Source: Squalus acanthias
Taxonomy: Eukaryota
Assembly (NCBI GenBank): GCA_030390025.1
Contig: CM059432.1
Coordinates: forward strand, 109,680,001-109,744,000
Length of the DNA stretch: 64,000 nt
Direction: 5' to 3'
In this document: positions 1 through 13,579 of the stretch, in pieces
Position numbering within the stretch: position 1 is the first letter of the stretch
Layout of the letters: each line of letters opens with the position of its first letter
The notes under the pieces: generated by a model
Databases searched by the model: none
The model's input: only the letters and a program-made list of their open reading frames with translations
Told to the model about the DNA's origin: nothing
Translations under genes and position numbers: made by a program

Positions 1-250
1 ACCGACACATATCCCACCCTATCCCCGAGTATTTAATCCCCCTAACACTAAGGGTCAATTTATCATAGCCAAATCAACCTAACCCGCACATCTTTGGACT
101 GTGGGAGGAAACCGGAGCACCCGGAGGAAACCCACGCAGACACGGGGAGAATGTGCAAACTCCACACAGACAGTCACCCGAGGCCGGATTCGACCCGGGT
201 CTCTGGCGCTGTGAGGCAACAGTGCTAACCACTATGCCACCGTGTTGCCC
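1..250 (-). mobile_element. HE1-like V-SINE (tRNA-derived), 3' end outside window
   Basis: Minus strand begins GGGCAACACGGTGGCATAGTGGTTAGC (A box) with a GGGTCGAATCC B-box-like motif, then the V-domain core GTGGAGTTTGCACATTCTCCCCGTGTCTGCGTGGGTTTCCTCCGGGTGCTCCGGTTTCCTCCCAC. Near-identical to copies at 9888 and 53877. Confidence 0.9.
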
Positions 251-589
251 TCCTCCAAAGGGGTGAGGTGAGGCTAGGAATTGGGAGGTGTGCCTCATGC
301 TTGGTACAGATTGTTGGTAGGTGAGTGATTTGGGGGGAGGGGGAGTCATGCATTGAGAAGTGTGTGAGGCTAGTGGTGCAGTTGGAGACGGCTTTTGAAG
401 ATGCATTCACTGACCTTGACCACGGGTCTGAGGTCATGAAGCTTCTTTGGGCTCTGGAGCCAGGTGGCGGGGGTGGCACTTCTGGCAGTGGCGGTCTTGG
501 TGATCTGGTCCCACATCGTTCTTTCTGGCAGGCCTCCTGGCCCCTATGGATAGAGAATCTCTCTTGCAGTGTTGACCCCCTGTATAAAG

Positions 590-1051
590 ACTGGACTGGA
601 GAATTTTAGCTACGAGGAAAGATTGGATCGGCTGGGTTTGTTTTCTTTCGAACAGAGGAGGCTGAGGGGAGACCTTATTGAGGTGTATAAAATTATGAGG
701 GGCCTAGATAGAGTGGATAAAAAGGACCTTATTTCCCTTAGCAGAGGGGTCAAAAACCAGGGGGCATAGATTTAAAGTAATTGGTGGAAGGTTTAGAGGG
801 GATTTGAGGGGAAATTTCTTCACCCAGAGGGTTGTGGGGGTTTGGAACTCACTGCCTGAAAGGGTGTTAGAGGCAGGAACCCTAACCACATTTAAAAAGT
901 ACTTGGATGTGCGCTTGAAGTGCCATAACCTACAGGGCTACGGACCAAGAGCTGGAAAGTGGGATTAGGCTGGATAGCTCTTTGTTGGCCGGCGCGGACA
1001 CGATGGGCCAAAATGGCCTCCTTCCGTGCTGTAACTTTCTATGATTCTATG
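590..1051 (+). mobile_element. CR1 (HER1-like) LINE 3' fragment
   Basis: ORF2 C-terminus [28 protein letters not shown]...FFTQRVV, short 3' UTR, TTCTATGATTCTAT tail. Confidence 0.9.
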
Positions 1052-1557
1052 GAGTGCTGCATGCGAGACCCTGGGCACCCCTTCCCTGGCTTGCTGAGCC
1101 ATTTGTGTTAGTGCTGAAGCACTTTTTCCTTTTTTTTAGGTGCAGAAGGGAATTCAGCTTTAACAGCTGAAGACGACCATTTGGGAATTATTATAATGTA
1201 ATTTTTTTTCAGAAAGCAGTTGAGCTGTTAAGGGCTAAAAACTGCATATTTTTACATCGCTTTTATTTTTTTCATTTCAGAAGGCATTGCCCCTTTAAGA
1301 AAGCGGCAATCCTTTCTGAAATCACAGCCTCGCTTTCAGAAAGCATTTGAAAAAGTACCACATAATAGACTTGTTAACAAAATTGAAGCAGGATTAAAGG
1401 GGCAGTGGCTGCGTGGATACGAAATTGGCTAAGGGACAGGAAGCAGAGAGTAGTGGTGAACAGTTGTTTTTCGGACTTGAGGGAAGTGTGCAGTGGTGTC
1501 CCCCATGGCTCGGTGTTGGGAGCACTGCTCTTTCTGATAAAATTATGACCTGGATTT

Positions 1558-2876
1558 CATAGAATCATAGAATCATAGAAAGTTACAGCACAGAAGGAGA
1601 CCATTTCGGCCCATCGTGTCCCCACCGGCCAACAAAGAGCTATCCAGCCTAATCCCACTTCCCAGCTCTTGGTCCGTAGCCCTGCAGGTTACAGCATCCC
1701 AAGTGCACATCCAAGTACTTTTTAAATGTGGTCAGGGTTTCTGCCTCTACCACCCTTTCAGGCAGTGAGTTCCAGACCCCCACAACCCTCTGGGTGAAGA
1801 AATTTTCCCTCAAATCCCCTCTAAACCTTCCAATAATTACTTTAAATCAGTGCCCCCTGGTTTTTGACCCCCTTTGCTAAGGGAAATAGGTCCTTTCTAT
1901 CCACTTTATCTCTGCCCCTCATAATTTTATCCACCTCATAAGGTCTCCCCTCAGCCTCCTCTGTTCCAAGGAAAACAGACCCATACTATCCAGTCTTTCC
2001 TCATAGCTAAGATTCTCTACTCCCAGCAACATCCTTGTAAATCTCCTCTGTACCCTCTCTAGTGCAATCACATCTTTCCTGTAAGGTGGTGACCAGAACT
2101 GCACGCAGTACTCTAGCTGAGGCCTAACTAGTGTTTTATACATTTGAAGCATAACCTCCCCTGCTCTTGTATTCTATTGGGGTGGATTCGGGATCTTGTC
2201 TGCTTTCTTGCATCTCTGTAGATACTTGATGTCGACTTGTATTCTATGCCATGGCTAATAAAGGCAAGCATTCCGTATGCCTTCTTAACCACCTTAGCTA
2301 CCTGGCCTGCTACCTTCAGGGATCTGTGGACATGCACTCCAAGGTCCCTTTGTTCCTCTACACTACTCAGTGTCCTACCATTTAATGTGTATTCCCTTTC
2401 CTTGTTAGCCCTCCCCAAATGCATTACCTCACACTTCTCCGGATTGAATTCCATTTGCCACTGTTCTGCCCACCTGACCAATTTATTGATATCTTCCTGC
2501 AATCTACAGCTTCCTTCTTCAGTATCAACCACACAGCCAATTCTAGTATCATCTGCAAACTTCTTAATCATACCCCCTATATTCAAGTCTAGATCATTGA
2601 TATATACCACAAAAAGCAAGGGACCTAGTACTGAGCCCTGCGGAACCCCACTGGAAACAGCCTTCCAGTCACAAAAACACCCATCAACCATTACCCTCTG
2701 CTTCCTGCCTCCGAGCCAGTTTTGAATCCAACTTGACACTTTGCCCTGGATCCCATGGGCTTTTAACTTCGTGACCAGTCTGCCATGTGGAACCTTATCA
2801 AAAGCCTTGCTAAAGTTCAAAAGCACTGCATCAAATGCACTACCCTCATCTACCCTCCCTGATACCTCCTCAAAAA
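1558..2876 (-). mobile_element. CR1 LINE, 5'-truncated, inserted antisense into the older CR1
   Basis: ORFs 2128-2826 and 1919-2152 give FSKAFDKVPH, GVPQGSVLGP, KFADD, LEYCVQFWSP. (CATAGAAT)n tail at 1558. Confidence 0.92.
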
Positions 2877-3171
2877 TTTGGGTATACAGGGCTTAATTTC
2901 AAAGTTTGAAGATGACACGAAACTCGGAAATGTAGTAAACAGTGAGGAGGATAGTAACAGACTTCAGGATGACATAGACAGACTGGTGAAATGGGCAGAC
3001 ACATGGCAGATGAAATTTAACACAGAGAAGTGTGAAGTGATTCATTTTGGTTGGAAGAATGAGGAGAGACAATATAGACTAAATGGTACAATTTTAAAGC
3101 TGGTGCAGGAACAGAGAGACCTGAGGGTGTAGGTACACAAGTATTTGAAGGTGGCAGGACAAGTTGAGCAG

Positions 3172-3635
3172 GCTGTTGGCCGTTGCTCAGTTGTTAGCAC
3201 CCTTGCCTCTGAGTCAGAAGGTTGTGGGTTCAAGTCCCACTCCAGAGACTTGAGCAAAAAAATCTAGGGTGAAACTCCAATGCAGTGCTGAGGGAGTGCT
3301 GCACTGTCAGAGGTGCCGTCTTTTGGATGAGACATTAAATGAAGGCCCTGTCTATCCTCTAAGGTGGACGTAAAAAATCCTATGGCACTATTTCAAAGAA
3401 GAGCAGGGAAGTTATCCCTGTTATCCTGACCAATAATTATCCCTTAATCGATATCACTTACACAGATTATCTAGTCATTATCACATTGCTGTTTGTGGGC
3501 GCTTGCTAATTGGCTGCTGTGTTTCCTACATTACAATAGTGACTGCACTTCAAAAGTACTTAATTGGCTGTAAAGTGCTTTAGGATGTCCGGTGGTCGTG
3601 AAAGGCGCGATATAAATTGAAGTCCTTTTCTTTTT
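3172..3635 (+). mobile_element. tRNA-headed Deu-domain SINE (SacSINE1/AmnSINE1-related)
   Basis: tRNA-like head with GGTTCAAGTCC B box, Deu core GAGGTGCCGTCTTTTGGATGAGAC, 3' tail GTAAAGTGCTTTAGGATG...GAAAGGCGCGATATAAA plus T-rich end. Interrupts CR1. Confidence 0.75.
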
Positions 3636-3885
3636 TAAAAAGGCATATGGGATCCTCGGCTTTATAAATAGAGGCATATAGTACAAAAGCAAGGAGATTA
3701 TGCTCAACCTTTATTAATTAGACCCCAGCTGAAGTATTGTGGCCAAATCTGAGCAGCACACTTTAGGAAGGATGTCAAAGCATTTGAGAGGATGCAAAGA
3801 TTTACTAGAATGGTACCAGGGATGAAAGACTTCAGTTACGTGGAGAGACTAGTGAAACAGGTTGTTCTCATTAGAGCAGAGATGG

Positions 3886-4534
3886 TGTGGAAGTGTCTTT
3901 TCTTACTTGGACACAAAATGGCTTCCTAGACACAGAATATAAGATTCAAAATGGCCTACACTATGACTCCTAGAAAGATTAGCCGTTGTTTATAGTTTCG
4001 ACCTAATGAGGGAATTTCAGTAAAGTAGACTGTGCAACTGCCCCCATCAAATAGCCTAGATTTGTAGAACAAAGAATCCTCTCTAATGAGCTTAAGATAG
4101 CCAAGGACACAGTAAATCAAACACCAGCCTCAGATGCACATAGTAAATCAAACACCAGCCTTTGATTCCAGATGGCCTGGTGGGAGGAGAACAAGCAGCC
4201 TCCGTGACAAGAGATTAGCTAGCCTTATCTCAAGGTATTCCTGCTCTTTTAACCTTTTAACCTCTTAGAAATCATCCTTAAACATAAACATACTCCTTTT
4301 CTTGTTTTTGCAGGCACTGTGCTTTTGTAATCAACAGTGATTTAATACCATGTCATGTGATATAGAAAGCTTGTATTTTCAGTGTATAAAGATGTTGCAT
4401 TTTCTATGTTCTTTGGAGTGGCCAGTGTAGCCTTTGACTACATGCTCTCCCCGTGCTGCAAGTAAAATAATAAAGCCTGTCTTTGATGATACTTTATGTT
4501 TCAAGAGTCTTACTCGGCAGTCGAAGCTTCGACA
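3886..4534 (+). repeat. ERV-A 5' LTR (649 bp)
   Basis: TG...CA ends, AATAAA near 4468, about 98% identical by eye to 25991-26609 plus 30775-30804. Confidence 0.93.
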
Positions 4535-4542
4535 GTATTTCT

Positions 4543-4560
4543 TGGAGGTTCCACCGAGAT
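4543..4560 (+). promoter_or_regulatory. Primer-binding site, tRNA-Gln
   Basis: TGGAGGTTCCACCGAGAT is the complement of the vertebrate tRNA-Gln 3' end (ATCTCGGTGGAACCTCCA). Lies 8 nt after the LTR. Confidence 0.88.
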
Positions 4561-5290
4561 CGCTTGCTACCTTTCGGTAAGTCACGGACAAAGGACACCA
4601 TGAATTTCTAGTGACAAATCCTGAATGGCCACAGTGATGTTTTATCACATAAAAAGGATTTCTCATTAGATACTGAATTGGTGTAGTCTGTTTCTTCCGA
4701 CGGGAGTACTGCGATCAGTCAAGATTCATGTTTTAGATTTGAGTTGAATCCTGTAACTTTTGCTTCTTTTAATTTTAACGTTAAAAGGAGGAGGATTCTG
4801 ATGGCTCAAGTCTCAAAACTATCGGGCAAAGGAGGCAAAGGAAAAAGTCAGCAGGGTTGCGTCCCGGACTGATAAAGGTACCAGGTTGTGAGAAAGCGCT
4901 AAAAGGTTAAAACTGCAATATCAAGGGTGGGTCCCTTGAGCCCGAGAAAAGAGTCTCGCGGCAGAAAGGATTAGATAGAAGCCTTCGTATAGAGTATAAG
5001 TTAAATATAGAGTAAAGTTAAATGTTAAGGACTCAGTCTGTAGTGGAGTACAACGCAAACTGAGAATTGACTATTTGTTTAGTTTAAAGTATAAGGTCAA
5101 ATGTTTGATTACTTGATTTGTTTGCCTGTTTGGGCTTTTGCATTACTTATCATTGTCTTGATTGTTGTTAGTTCTTGTTATTGTTCATCACTTGTAGTAC
5201 TTTGGATGGTCAATAATAATTGTAAAGGGGTAAAGGGTGAAACTTGCGATTTAGAAGAAGAGTGCCTAGTATAACTAAAACTTTACTAAG

Positions 5291-5700
5291 ATGGGAGTTT
5301 CACAGAGCAAGATCCCAGAAAAAGGAACTCCAGCTTTTTACATCTTCCAGAACTGTGGTCGATGTCCACAAGGGATTTGTCTGATTGGTCTAAATGGACC
5401 AAGAATGACAAACACCCGTTCCCCATTGATGGAACCTTTAACCTAGACAGAATCACATGTCTAGAGGACTGTCTCACAAATAGAGACCCACAAAGAAAAG
5501 GTAAAAAGTCAGTAAATTGGTCAGCCTTTTCAGACTGGAAAAAGGAAGCAGAAAGGCGTAAGGACCATAGTATACAAGCCAGTAGATCTGACATTAAAAA
5601 AATAAGAGAAAAGAACCCGTGAGTAAATTGGATAAACAAGATGAAGTCAGACAAATGGCTTTAAGACAAACCAAAGATAAAGACGAAAAAAAGTTATAAT
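5291..5700 (+). pseudogene. gag: ERV-A gag matrix remnant (frameshifted)
   Basis: MGVSQSK myristoylation-type start, then WSKWTK...PFPIDGTFNLDRI, a class I-like MA motif. Confidence 0.65.
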
Positions 5701-6481
5701 TTTCCGACATTGAAATCTGAAACTCAGCAAAGGAAAAAAAAGATTTGGAAAGCCAGGAAAAGCTGCTGAGACACCGATGTAAAAAACAAAGAGAGAAATT
5801 TTAAGTTTTACCGACATGGAAGTTATTAATGTCTGTGCCGAGACAAATAAAACACAAGATTTATTGAGTGAAAGGAATCTTAAAAGGAATGCTGGGATCT
5901 CAGTTTGTATGAAAATGTGTCTTAAAGTGTTGATGTTTTCCTGACTGTGAATGTTTAAGAAGTTACAGTATTACTTCGGTCTGAAAGTCTGTCTTTAAAA
6001 GTTTCTGTCATTTTTGTTTTAGCTCCACCCACTCTTTTGTACAGAGAGCTAAAAGCTGTTTAACCCTTTGAAGACCTGTGTTGTTTTAAGTTTGTTAATT
6101 GTTTTACAAAATTTAAGCTTCAGCCTTGAAGTCATATTTGCCAATGTGCCTGGAAGAAAATGAATTTGAATATTTACAAGGCATGGGTAATTGTTCTTTG
6201 TTAATGTGGCTATGGTTTCTTTCTTTTCCAAGTGATACTGGTTACTTTAAAAAAAGATTGATCTGGATTGAATTGGAGTTATTGAGGTTAATTAACCTAA
6301 TAAAACCAGACTTTTATTGTGCACGGTGAAATTCTGGTTGGTGTAAATTTGTGTAGACCGCATTGATTAAGATATTTAATGGTCTGAATCCAGACTTTAA
6401 AATATTTACAGTCTTGGATACAGAAAGGGTTCTGGTCCATACCATTGGCAGAGGAATCACAAGGGAAATTCGCCTTTACTG

Positions 6482-7771
6482 TGTAAGGGGGGGTGGTAAT
6501 GGGGTCAGCCTACGCTTTCTGACTCAGTGAGCGGTTCGAATCACTCCCACACCCCTCTGGTTCCTAGACTTTGGACTTATTTAGGGGTTGTGAACAAAAT
6601 TGCAGTAGACGACAGGTTCTGATGAAAGAATTTTACTTTATTAAAAGAAAAAGGTAATAAACTTGAAACACACTTATTACTTAAACACAGATTGGGGAGT
6701 ACATGGTACAAGCGAGGGATAATGACAATATATCAAAAAAAACCTTATCCCTCCCAAACATCCCACTATCTAGCTAGGTTTTGGTTTCAGGAGATCAGGG
6801 ATAATGCTCACCAATGAATCCTTGACAGGATTTTAGAGTCTTTTGTTTAAAAGACTCCGTAAGGCCCTTGTTGCTGTAAGGTGTCCGATAGTCACTGAGG
6901 CAGTCGCTCTGGTTTCTTCTTGCGTGCTGGTCTGTTTTCTGGCCTTCCTCCTCGAGGGTTGCGGTGGTTTTTGCTGGAGCAGGGAGAGAGCTGTGTCCGC
7001 GTAGTCAGCGAGTCCAAAAAGAGAGAGAAGTTATGGGACAGGCTTTCAATTATACTGTTTCTTTTTCGCACCCAAAAAACCCCTTACTAAAACGGATTCC
7101 TTTAGGTTGCAAATGAACCTTGCTTAGTCCATTGTCTAGTTTTGGCGGGCTTGCCAGTTCCGATGACTTTTGCTCAGTGTTAAACATGTCTTGATCGTTT
7201 TCCGATTTAAACACAGCCTTATCTACGTGCCAAATCTCCACCCTATTGTCCTAGGTCTTTTGGCGGGCTTTCTTAACTGCTCTGGTCGATACTTGGCTGA
7301 TGGGCTTTTGATGGGATAATGGGCTATGAAACTGTGTGCTGGAAGTTTTATTGTCAGGAATCGTTTTTAGATTTCCAGCACCCTGTTTGGACCTGGGGAT
7401 TTCAATAGGGTTCTTGGTTTATTCATATTTGAATGTGTTTGTGAGTTTTTGCTTTGTCTCTTCCACCTTGGTAGGATTTGCAGTGTAAACAATTCCCAGA
7501 CTGCTTGATTGGGCCTCAATACCCAAAGCGGTTCATTGCCTGGCCACGCCCCTCCGCAGCTTGCCTTGTATCTGTGAAAGGTGTCTCTCCCAACAGTAAG
7601 ATTCAAAAGTCAGTTTCCTCAGGGTTTTTCTTCCCTGATCTTTCCAAAACTGAGGTTTTTACATCAAATCACTTCACTTAGGTCCCATCATCCCAAGTTT
7701 GTATGAAAGGTCCAAAAATCACTCCCTTTAGGGCTCTGTTCGAGTTTCTGGGGGATTTTGCGAAGCCTACA
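6482..7771 (-). repeat. Family-B 3' LTR (1290 bp)
   Basis: Minus strand TGTAGGCTTCGC...CCCTTACA, preceded by PPT AAAGTGGGGAG. Same subtype as 21105-22382. Confidence 0.93.
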
Positions 7772-8053
7772 CTCCCCACTTTGATACTAAAACTGAATTA
7801 GTATCATTAACAGGTGAGCAAAATTTCCGATCCCCGAAAACCAACCTTCCCCTGTATTACCTAAACTAAAAACCCAAACATACATTCCCCTTTTGAAAGT
7901 GGTGTTTCAGGTACATACAGGAAAGAATCAATCTTTATTTCACATCCAAGCACGGAGAGGGTCCGACACCCCTGCACAACTTGAAAAACCACATCATACA
8001 CATTATAAAAATGACACAACACACATACAAATTTTTTTATTAAAAGACAAAAT

Positions 8054-10706
8054 TCAAGGTTCGTTCCATCCCTGGCCATAGCCTTTATTTTGATGCACTT
8101 CCCAAGTCCCTTCGTGTCTGGAGCGGAGCTCCCTGTCCCTTCCCCTGCACTTTGTACACAGCAGGTAGAGAACTATCCCGAGCTGGCAGACCACCAAAAG
8201 ATGGGAAGCCATCCTGATCAAGGAAGGCACCTCTATATTCTCAAAAATATCCCACCAGGGTGGAACTACTATATCCAAAATCTCTGCCCCTATTTCAACT
8301 GTTTTCTGTTCCAGGGTGTAGAAATGTTTTTGTGAAATCTCTACAGCTTTAAGTAGGATGGTAAGATGTTCGGGTAGAGGGGGAATTTTATATCCAAAGT
8401 AAGTCACATACTTTTGCAAGTTGGTGATGTTTTCTGTTACAGTGAGGTGAACAGTGGAGGGTTCAGGTATGGGGACAATCCGTTCCTGGGCCACTTGAAC
8501 TTCTGCCTCGGGTTTAAAGCAGAAACTGCTGTCACTTACCGAACACCAGAAGTATCCATGCTGGTAGTGGGACGCACCTGTGGTGACACAATATGTCCCA
8601 CCCCCTATATATGCTACCCGTGGGGAAACATGGCCATGTGCCATCACCTCCATGGTACAATTGATAGGTCGTGCGCTAGCAGCTGTAAACCCGCACTGTG
8701 GTTTGGAATAGGCGTATTATGTGTGAACCCCGGCTCCGGCACCCGGAGAGGTCAGTAGCTGTCATGGCGTGCTCCCACCTTATGATATAAGGTGGGACCG
8801 CTGTAAAACGGATGTGCGCACCCCCTTGAATGACTCCAATGTTCTCCACCCTGTATACCGGTACGGGTCGGGCTGTCCCACTCATGACCGGCATTCTCAC
8901 TACTATCCCCATGATAGTGTGATTGGAACACCCACAATCTATTGGGACAGGGTAGGCTTCAGAGGCTAGACGAAATTGGCATGGGCTCAGCGAATTACTA
9001 AACGGGTGGAGGGCTGCGAGGTGCTTGTTGCTGATCCAGGAGGTGACTAAACCTTGCTTTAAATCCTCCAGGTTGCTACGGCCCTCGCCCAGCAACCATG
9101 CCCCGTACAGCACACACACCTCATTCTGTGCAGCCTGATCCGATGCATTCCTATCCTCCCGTATGAGTGCATTTACTGTTTTGGCATGCCTTTCCAATTC
9201 TGCAATAATTTCCTTTAAATGAACTGTCATAGCTTGGTCCTCATGTAGCTCTGAGCCTACCACTGTGTTCCCATCCTTCAGCATCTTTCTTAACTGGGTT
9301 TTTAAACCATTTATCTGTGTCTGTAATTCCATGTCATCCAGGCTATTTATTACAGAGGACCCTGTACTATAGGCAGTGAAGACATCATTCCAGGCTCCCC
9401 TTCTTTGTCTACCCGTGCCCATAGGGTTCTCAGGGTGTATTCTGTATAGCTCTACTTTGTCTATATTGGCAAAATCAAATTCGTAAAATTTCCTAAACAT
9501 TTCCTTTAGCTGGGCCTGGTACCGCTGCTCCGTCTCCTTAGGACACCACTCAGGTAAGTATACCTCGGTAAGGTTTAATATTACTGAAGCTACTGCATAG
9601 TGTACCCCCTGGTATAGTACCTTTTCGGTTGGTACTAGGACTAACCCATTCCCTGGTCCCTTGGTGGTGGTAGGGCACTTTTCTTCCAGGGTTTTCGGTA
9701 CCTGGGTCATGGGTAGGGGGTTTCGGGTGTGTGCCACGAGTTCAGTGGCATTAACTGGGACCGGAATGTGTGGGACCACGCACCCATGCAGGCTAGAATC
9801 GCACCCTATCCCCTCCCCGGCATCTTGCCATTGGCTGGAGAAGATGATGGATACCCCTGTGGGGCAGGCTTCCTCTGATCCCCACATACAACACGGTGGC
9901 AACACGGTGGCATAGTGGTTAGCACTGTTGCCTCACAGCGCCAGGGACCAGGGTTTGAATCCGGCCTCGGGTGACTGTCTGTGTGGAGTTTGCACATTCT
10001 CCCGTGTCTGCGTGGGTTTCCTCCGGGTGCTCCGGTTTCCTCCCACAGTCCAAAGATGTGCGGGTTAGGTTGATTTGGCTATGATAAATTGACCCTTAGT
10101 GTTAGGGGGATTAAATACATGGGGTTACGGGGATAGGGTGGGATATGTGTCGGTGCAGGCTCGATGGGCCGAAATGGCCTCTATCTGCACTGTGGGGATT
10201 CTGTGAAACAAACATAGACTCCCTGTTCCGACTCCCACCACTTATCCCAACAAACACTCACTTCCTTGGGTCCCTGTGATTGTCCGGTGGGTGTCGATCC
10301 CTAATCTTTCCCAGTCAGCTGTATGGTCCTCTGAGTCCCTGCTCAGCTTCCTGAGCCACCACCACCTATTCAGGGGAATTCGTCCCTTACAGGTAAGGCA
10401 CACACGCTTCCCCTCGGTGACACTGACCCTTGTGGCAACGACCTGAATTCTGGGGCATGGGAGGGAGGCCTCCCTGTACGTGAACCTGGGCTGGTTGGAG
10501 TATTTAGTAGAGTTGGACCCCAGCCACCCTGGCCACCTTCCCTCGTGGAAGTAGATGGCGAGCTCCTCCACTCCCCGCTCGCCACCCACTGCGGTGACGA
10601 CTGGTGTTCTCACTCCTGAGCACCCATAGATGTGGGAGTCCTCCACGTCACCTCGGTCACTGATGCTCACCCCTACTAGGGCGAGCAGGAGCAGAAACCT
10701 TGTCAT
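8054..10706 (-). pseudogene. env: Family-B env (signal peptide, Ig-like domain, RQRR furin site, heptads, TM), disrupted by a SINE and by 2-nt and 20-nt deletions
   Basis: ORFs 10242-10742, 8676-9905 and 8054-8653 are collinear with 53376-56050. Confidence 0.85.
9888..10207 (+). mobile_element. HE1-like V-SINE inserted antisense in env
   Basis: Same SINE as 1-250, with an 11-nt 5' duplication CAACACGGTGG. Same site and length (320 bp) as 53877-54196. Confidence 0.92.
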
Positions 10707-10907
10707 TCCGAAGTCCTTTCTGTAGGGGCACACACAAAACATATATCCATGTCCCAGAAAGGTTCTCTGGCTGGATAATTAATCAAGCCCTTAAACTTAA
10801 AAAAACTCTACAAACAACTAAACTAATGATAACCCATAACCACTAAAACTGCAATTACTTAAAACCGAAAATTCTGTACATTTGCCGCCCATCTCCGGAC
10901 GGCCAGG

Positions 10908-11767
10908 TTAAATCCTGTTTAGTCTCTGCCTTATGTGGCCTCTGGATGGCTTGTACACCTGGGTGTATTGCGGCCTGTACCGCCGGACCCAGAAGGCCTT
11001 CCTCAAAACCGCTGGGGGTAACTTAACATCCCAGCTGTGTCCTGTGCTGCAGCACACTACTCCCTTTGGTGTGGCTGCAGCGCCCTCGTTCATATCTGTG
11101 GGCTCCTCCCAGCCTGAGGCTGCGGGCGGGGGACCCTTCTCTCTCTCTTCTCCCAGTACTACCTCTCCTGTGAAACCCTCACTGTTGGAGGCTGTAGGTG
11201 GTGCTTGCGGGGTTCCAGCAGCCGATTTTTCTGGTACTGGCTCCCCAGGTTACTGGCTGCTTGCCAGTGAACCTGTATAAAAATCTCTTCCTCTGCCCTG
11301 AACGGACCTTCTAGGGACTCCCCACTCTCTCTCTTTACCAGGCCAGCCTTAAAGACGGGATTCTGGGTTTGGACCTGCTTTAAGTCCGGGGGCAAAGCTA
11401 CACCCTGTGTGCCTCCCTTGTCCCGGATTGCAGCTACCGGACCTGCTTTATAGGGATCCCATAACTCTCCTTCCCTGGCCCCCTGCTTGGCCAACCTGTC
11501 GACCTTTTGGTTACCTTCCCACGTGGTATGGAGGGATCCTAAATCTATGTCCAAATGTTTGGACATTGCCCCAGCCTGCTCATTCCCTGTAATTCCCATT
11601 AAACTGTAGAGGACCCCGTTAAACCTGGGTGAATTGGTCAGGTCTTCTGAATGGACCACTGTGCTGGCAGCTCTGGTGTCCACCAAACATCTCCCCTGCA
11701 CGTTCTCCACCCCCTTCTTAACATCGTATCCCGGGGAACACAGGTAGACAGCCTGCGCTGGTTCTAG
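10908..11767 (-). pseudogene. pol: Internally deleted pol (protease N-terminus, RNase H end, integrase tail)
   Basis: LVDTRAAS...LHTTW fused to EGNQKVDRLAK and HWQAASNLG. Same junctions as 52023-53174 plus one extra deletion. Confidence 0.8.
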
Positions 11768-13576
11768 TCATAGGTCTGCTTTATGGGGGGCAGATGGAAT
11801 TAATGCACCAGTAGCTCCTTCCCATCTAACAGGACTCTGATGGCCGCTACTATTGTGTCCAGTGTGGGGGAAGAGGTTGGTGCCTCTACTTTTGGGGCAA
11901 AAGCTGGGGAATTCTTTGTTAGCATATCCTTCCAGGGATTTCTACAGTCCTTTCTCCAGTGCCCCCTCTTCCCGCACCCGAAGCAGTTACGCTTTGTGTC
12001 GGAAGGTTTACCACCTTCCTGGTGCCACTCCTTCTTATCCTGACTGGTCTTTATCTCATGCACCTTTCCTTTCGGTGGGATGTCTTCAGCTCCCCTACCG
12101 TTCCGGTAGGCTAGGGTCAGTTGCCTGACCACTGCCTCCTGGGTGACCCGGGGATCTCTTGGGTCAAACCAAAGCTCAGCCTTGGCTTTGAATCGTGGCA
12201 AGCTGTTTACCACTAGGCTACGGAGCCAGTGGGCCAGCTCGTCCCTGTTCAGGTTAGTCCTGTCGAGAGCCCCATTACAAGCACCCTGTACACCGGCCAC
12301 AGCCTGTCTGAGAAAGCCTGTGGGGTCTCCCCTGCGAGCTGCACTGTTTTCTCCACCCGGGAGAAAGCACTTCCCTCATTCATTCCCATGGCCTCTAAAA
12401 CATCCTCCCTGAGGGCAGCATACCCGGTCTGTCCTCTCTTGCTCTCAGTAGAGACTGACTGGTACAATTTGCCATCTAATGAGAACAGGAGCAATTTTGC
12501 CATTTCGGCATCGTCACAATCGTTAATGGCTGCAGATTGCTCCACCTCCATGAAGTGGACTGAGGGGTCTTCCTTTTGGGTAAGTTTACTCAGGTGGCTT
12601 ACCATAGCCCTAAGCTGTTGTGTACCGTGGGGGGCCAAGAATTGACTTTAAGGGGTCCCTGACCTCCACCACTGGCGGGCAGGCCGAATTTTTGCTGTCG
12701 TGCTGGGCACATTGGCCCTGGCTCTGACTTCTCCTGCATCAGTTCGCCCCCCTCTCCCTGCTGCCAGGCCGAGTCAAAACTCGGCGCCACAGGTGCTGGT
12801 GTGCACTCCCTGTCAGCCTCACAGATTGTCTGCCCCTCCTACTGCCTAACCAAGCTTCTCCTTGGCGCCACAGGTGGTGGTCGAACAGTCTCCCCCTGCT
12901 CTTCCAGGTCTGCCTGGGCCACACCCGGGCTTATAAGGCACATCATGCCTTTTGTCTTGGACAGAGCAAGGTTCAGACTCTCAATCTGCTTCTGACAGGG
13001 GCCGTGGTCCCCTACCTCAAACTCCCTTGTACTGGCTACTCTGTAGGCTGCCTTAACATCATTTAACTTCTCTGTGAGTTCCCTTAATTGCTTGGCAAGG
13101 CGGGTGTTCTCTTCCCGCAATGCCAGTTCACTACTTTTGGCCTCGGTGGCCTGACACTGGAGGTATCCCTTACTGGCACGGTGTTCCTCCAGCATCTGTG
13201 ACTGTTCCTGAACTTTTGTGTCTAGCTGTGCTAACAACCTGTCCCCTGCTATAGCTCTGGCACGGGACAGTTGGCTTTCTTCCTTTAGCTTTTCTGTGAG
13301 AGCCTGAATGTGCTTCCCCATAAGCTGCATTTGTTTCTGGGAGCAGACCAACCATATGGCTTTCTCCACAGACTTATTGTATTCCTTGCTCTCAGTCCAT
13401 GCAGCTGCAGCGTCCATAGGACGTTCAGCATGCAACAGCCTGAGGACCCATTTCTTGGTGATATTTACTTTTTTATATACATAGGATGACATCCTCTCTT
13501 CCATTTTTGTTCTCTCCTCAAAACCAGCATTTACTGCATCACAACCCTTTTGCCAAAGTCCTGCCATGGTCGCCAT
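11768..13576 (-). pseudogene. gag: Family-B gag (coiled coil, capsid-like region, CCHC knuckle)
   Basis: ORFs 12839-13576, 12249-12638, 11800-12300. Contains CFGCGKRGHWRKDC. Has a stop and frameshifts. Confidence 0.85.
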
Positions 13577-13579
13577 TTA

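Noticed and set aside
251..589. ORF 325-609 as a host exon
   Set aside because: No recognisable domain or splice support, and it runs into a CR1. Left unassigned.
3172..3245. tRNA gene (also ~180-250, ~9898-9970, ~54115-54187)
   Set aside because: These are SINE heads continuing into SINE bodies.
7050..7681. Accessory ORFs in the long family-B LTRs
   Set aside because: They are short, mostly non-ATG, and not conserved in the second LTR subtype.
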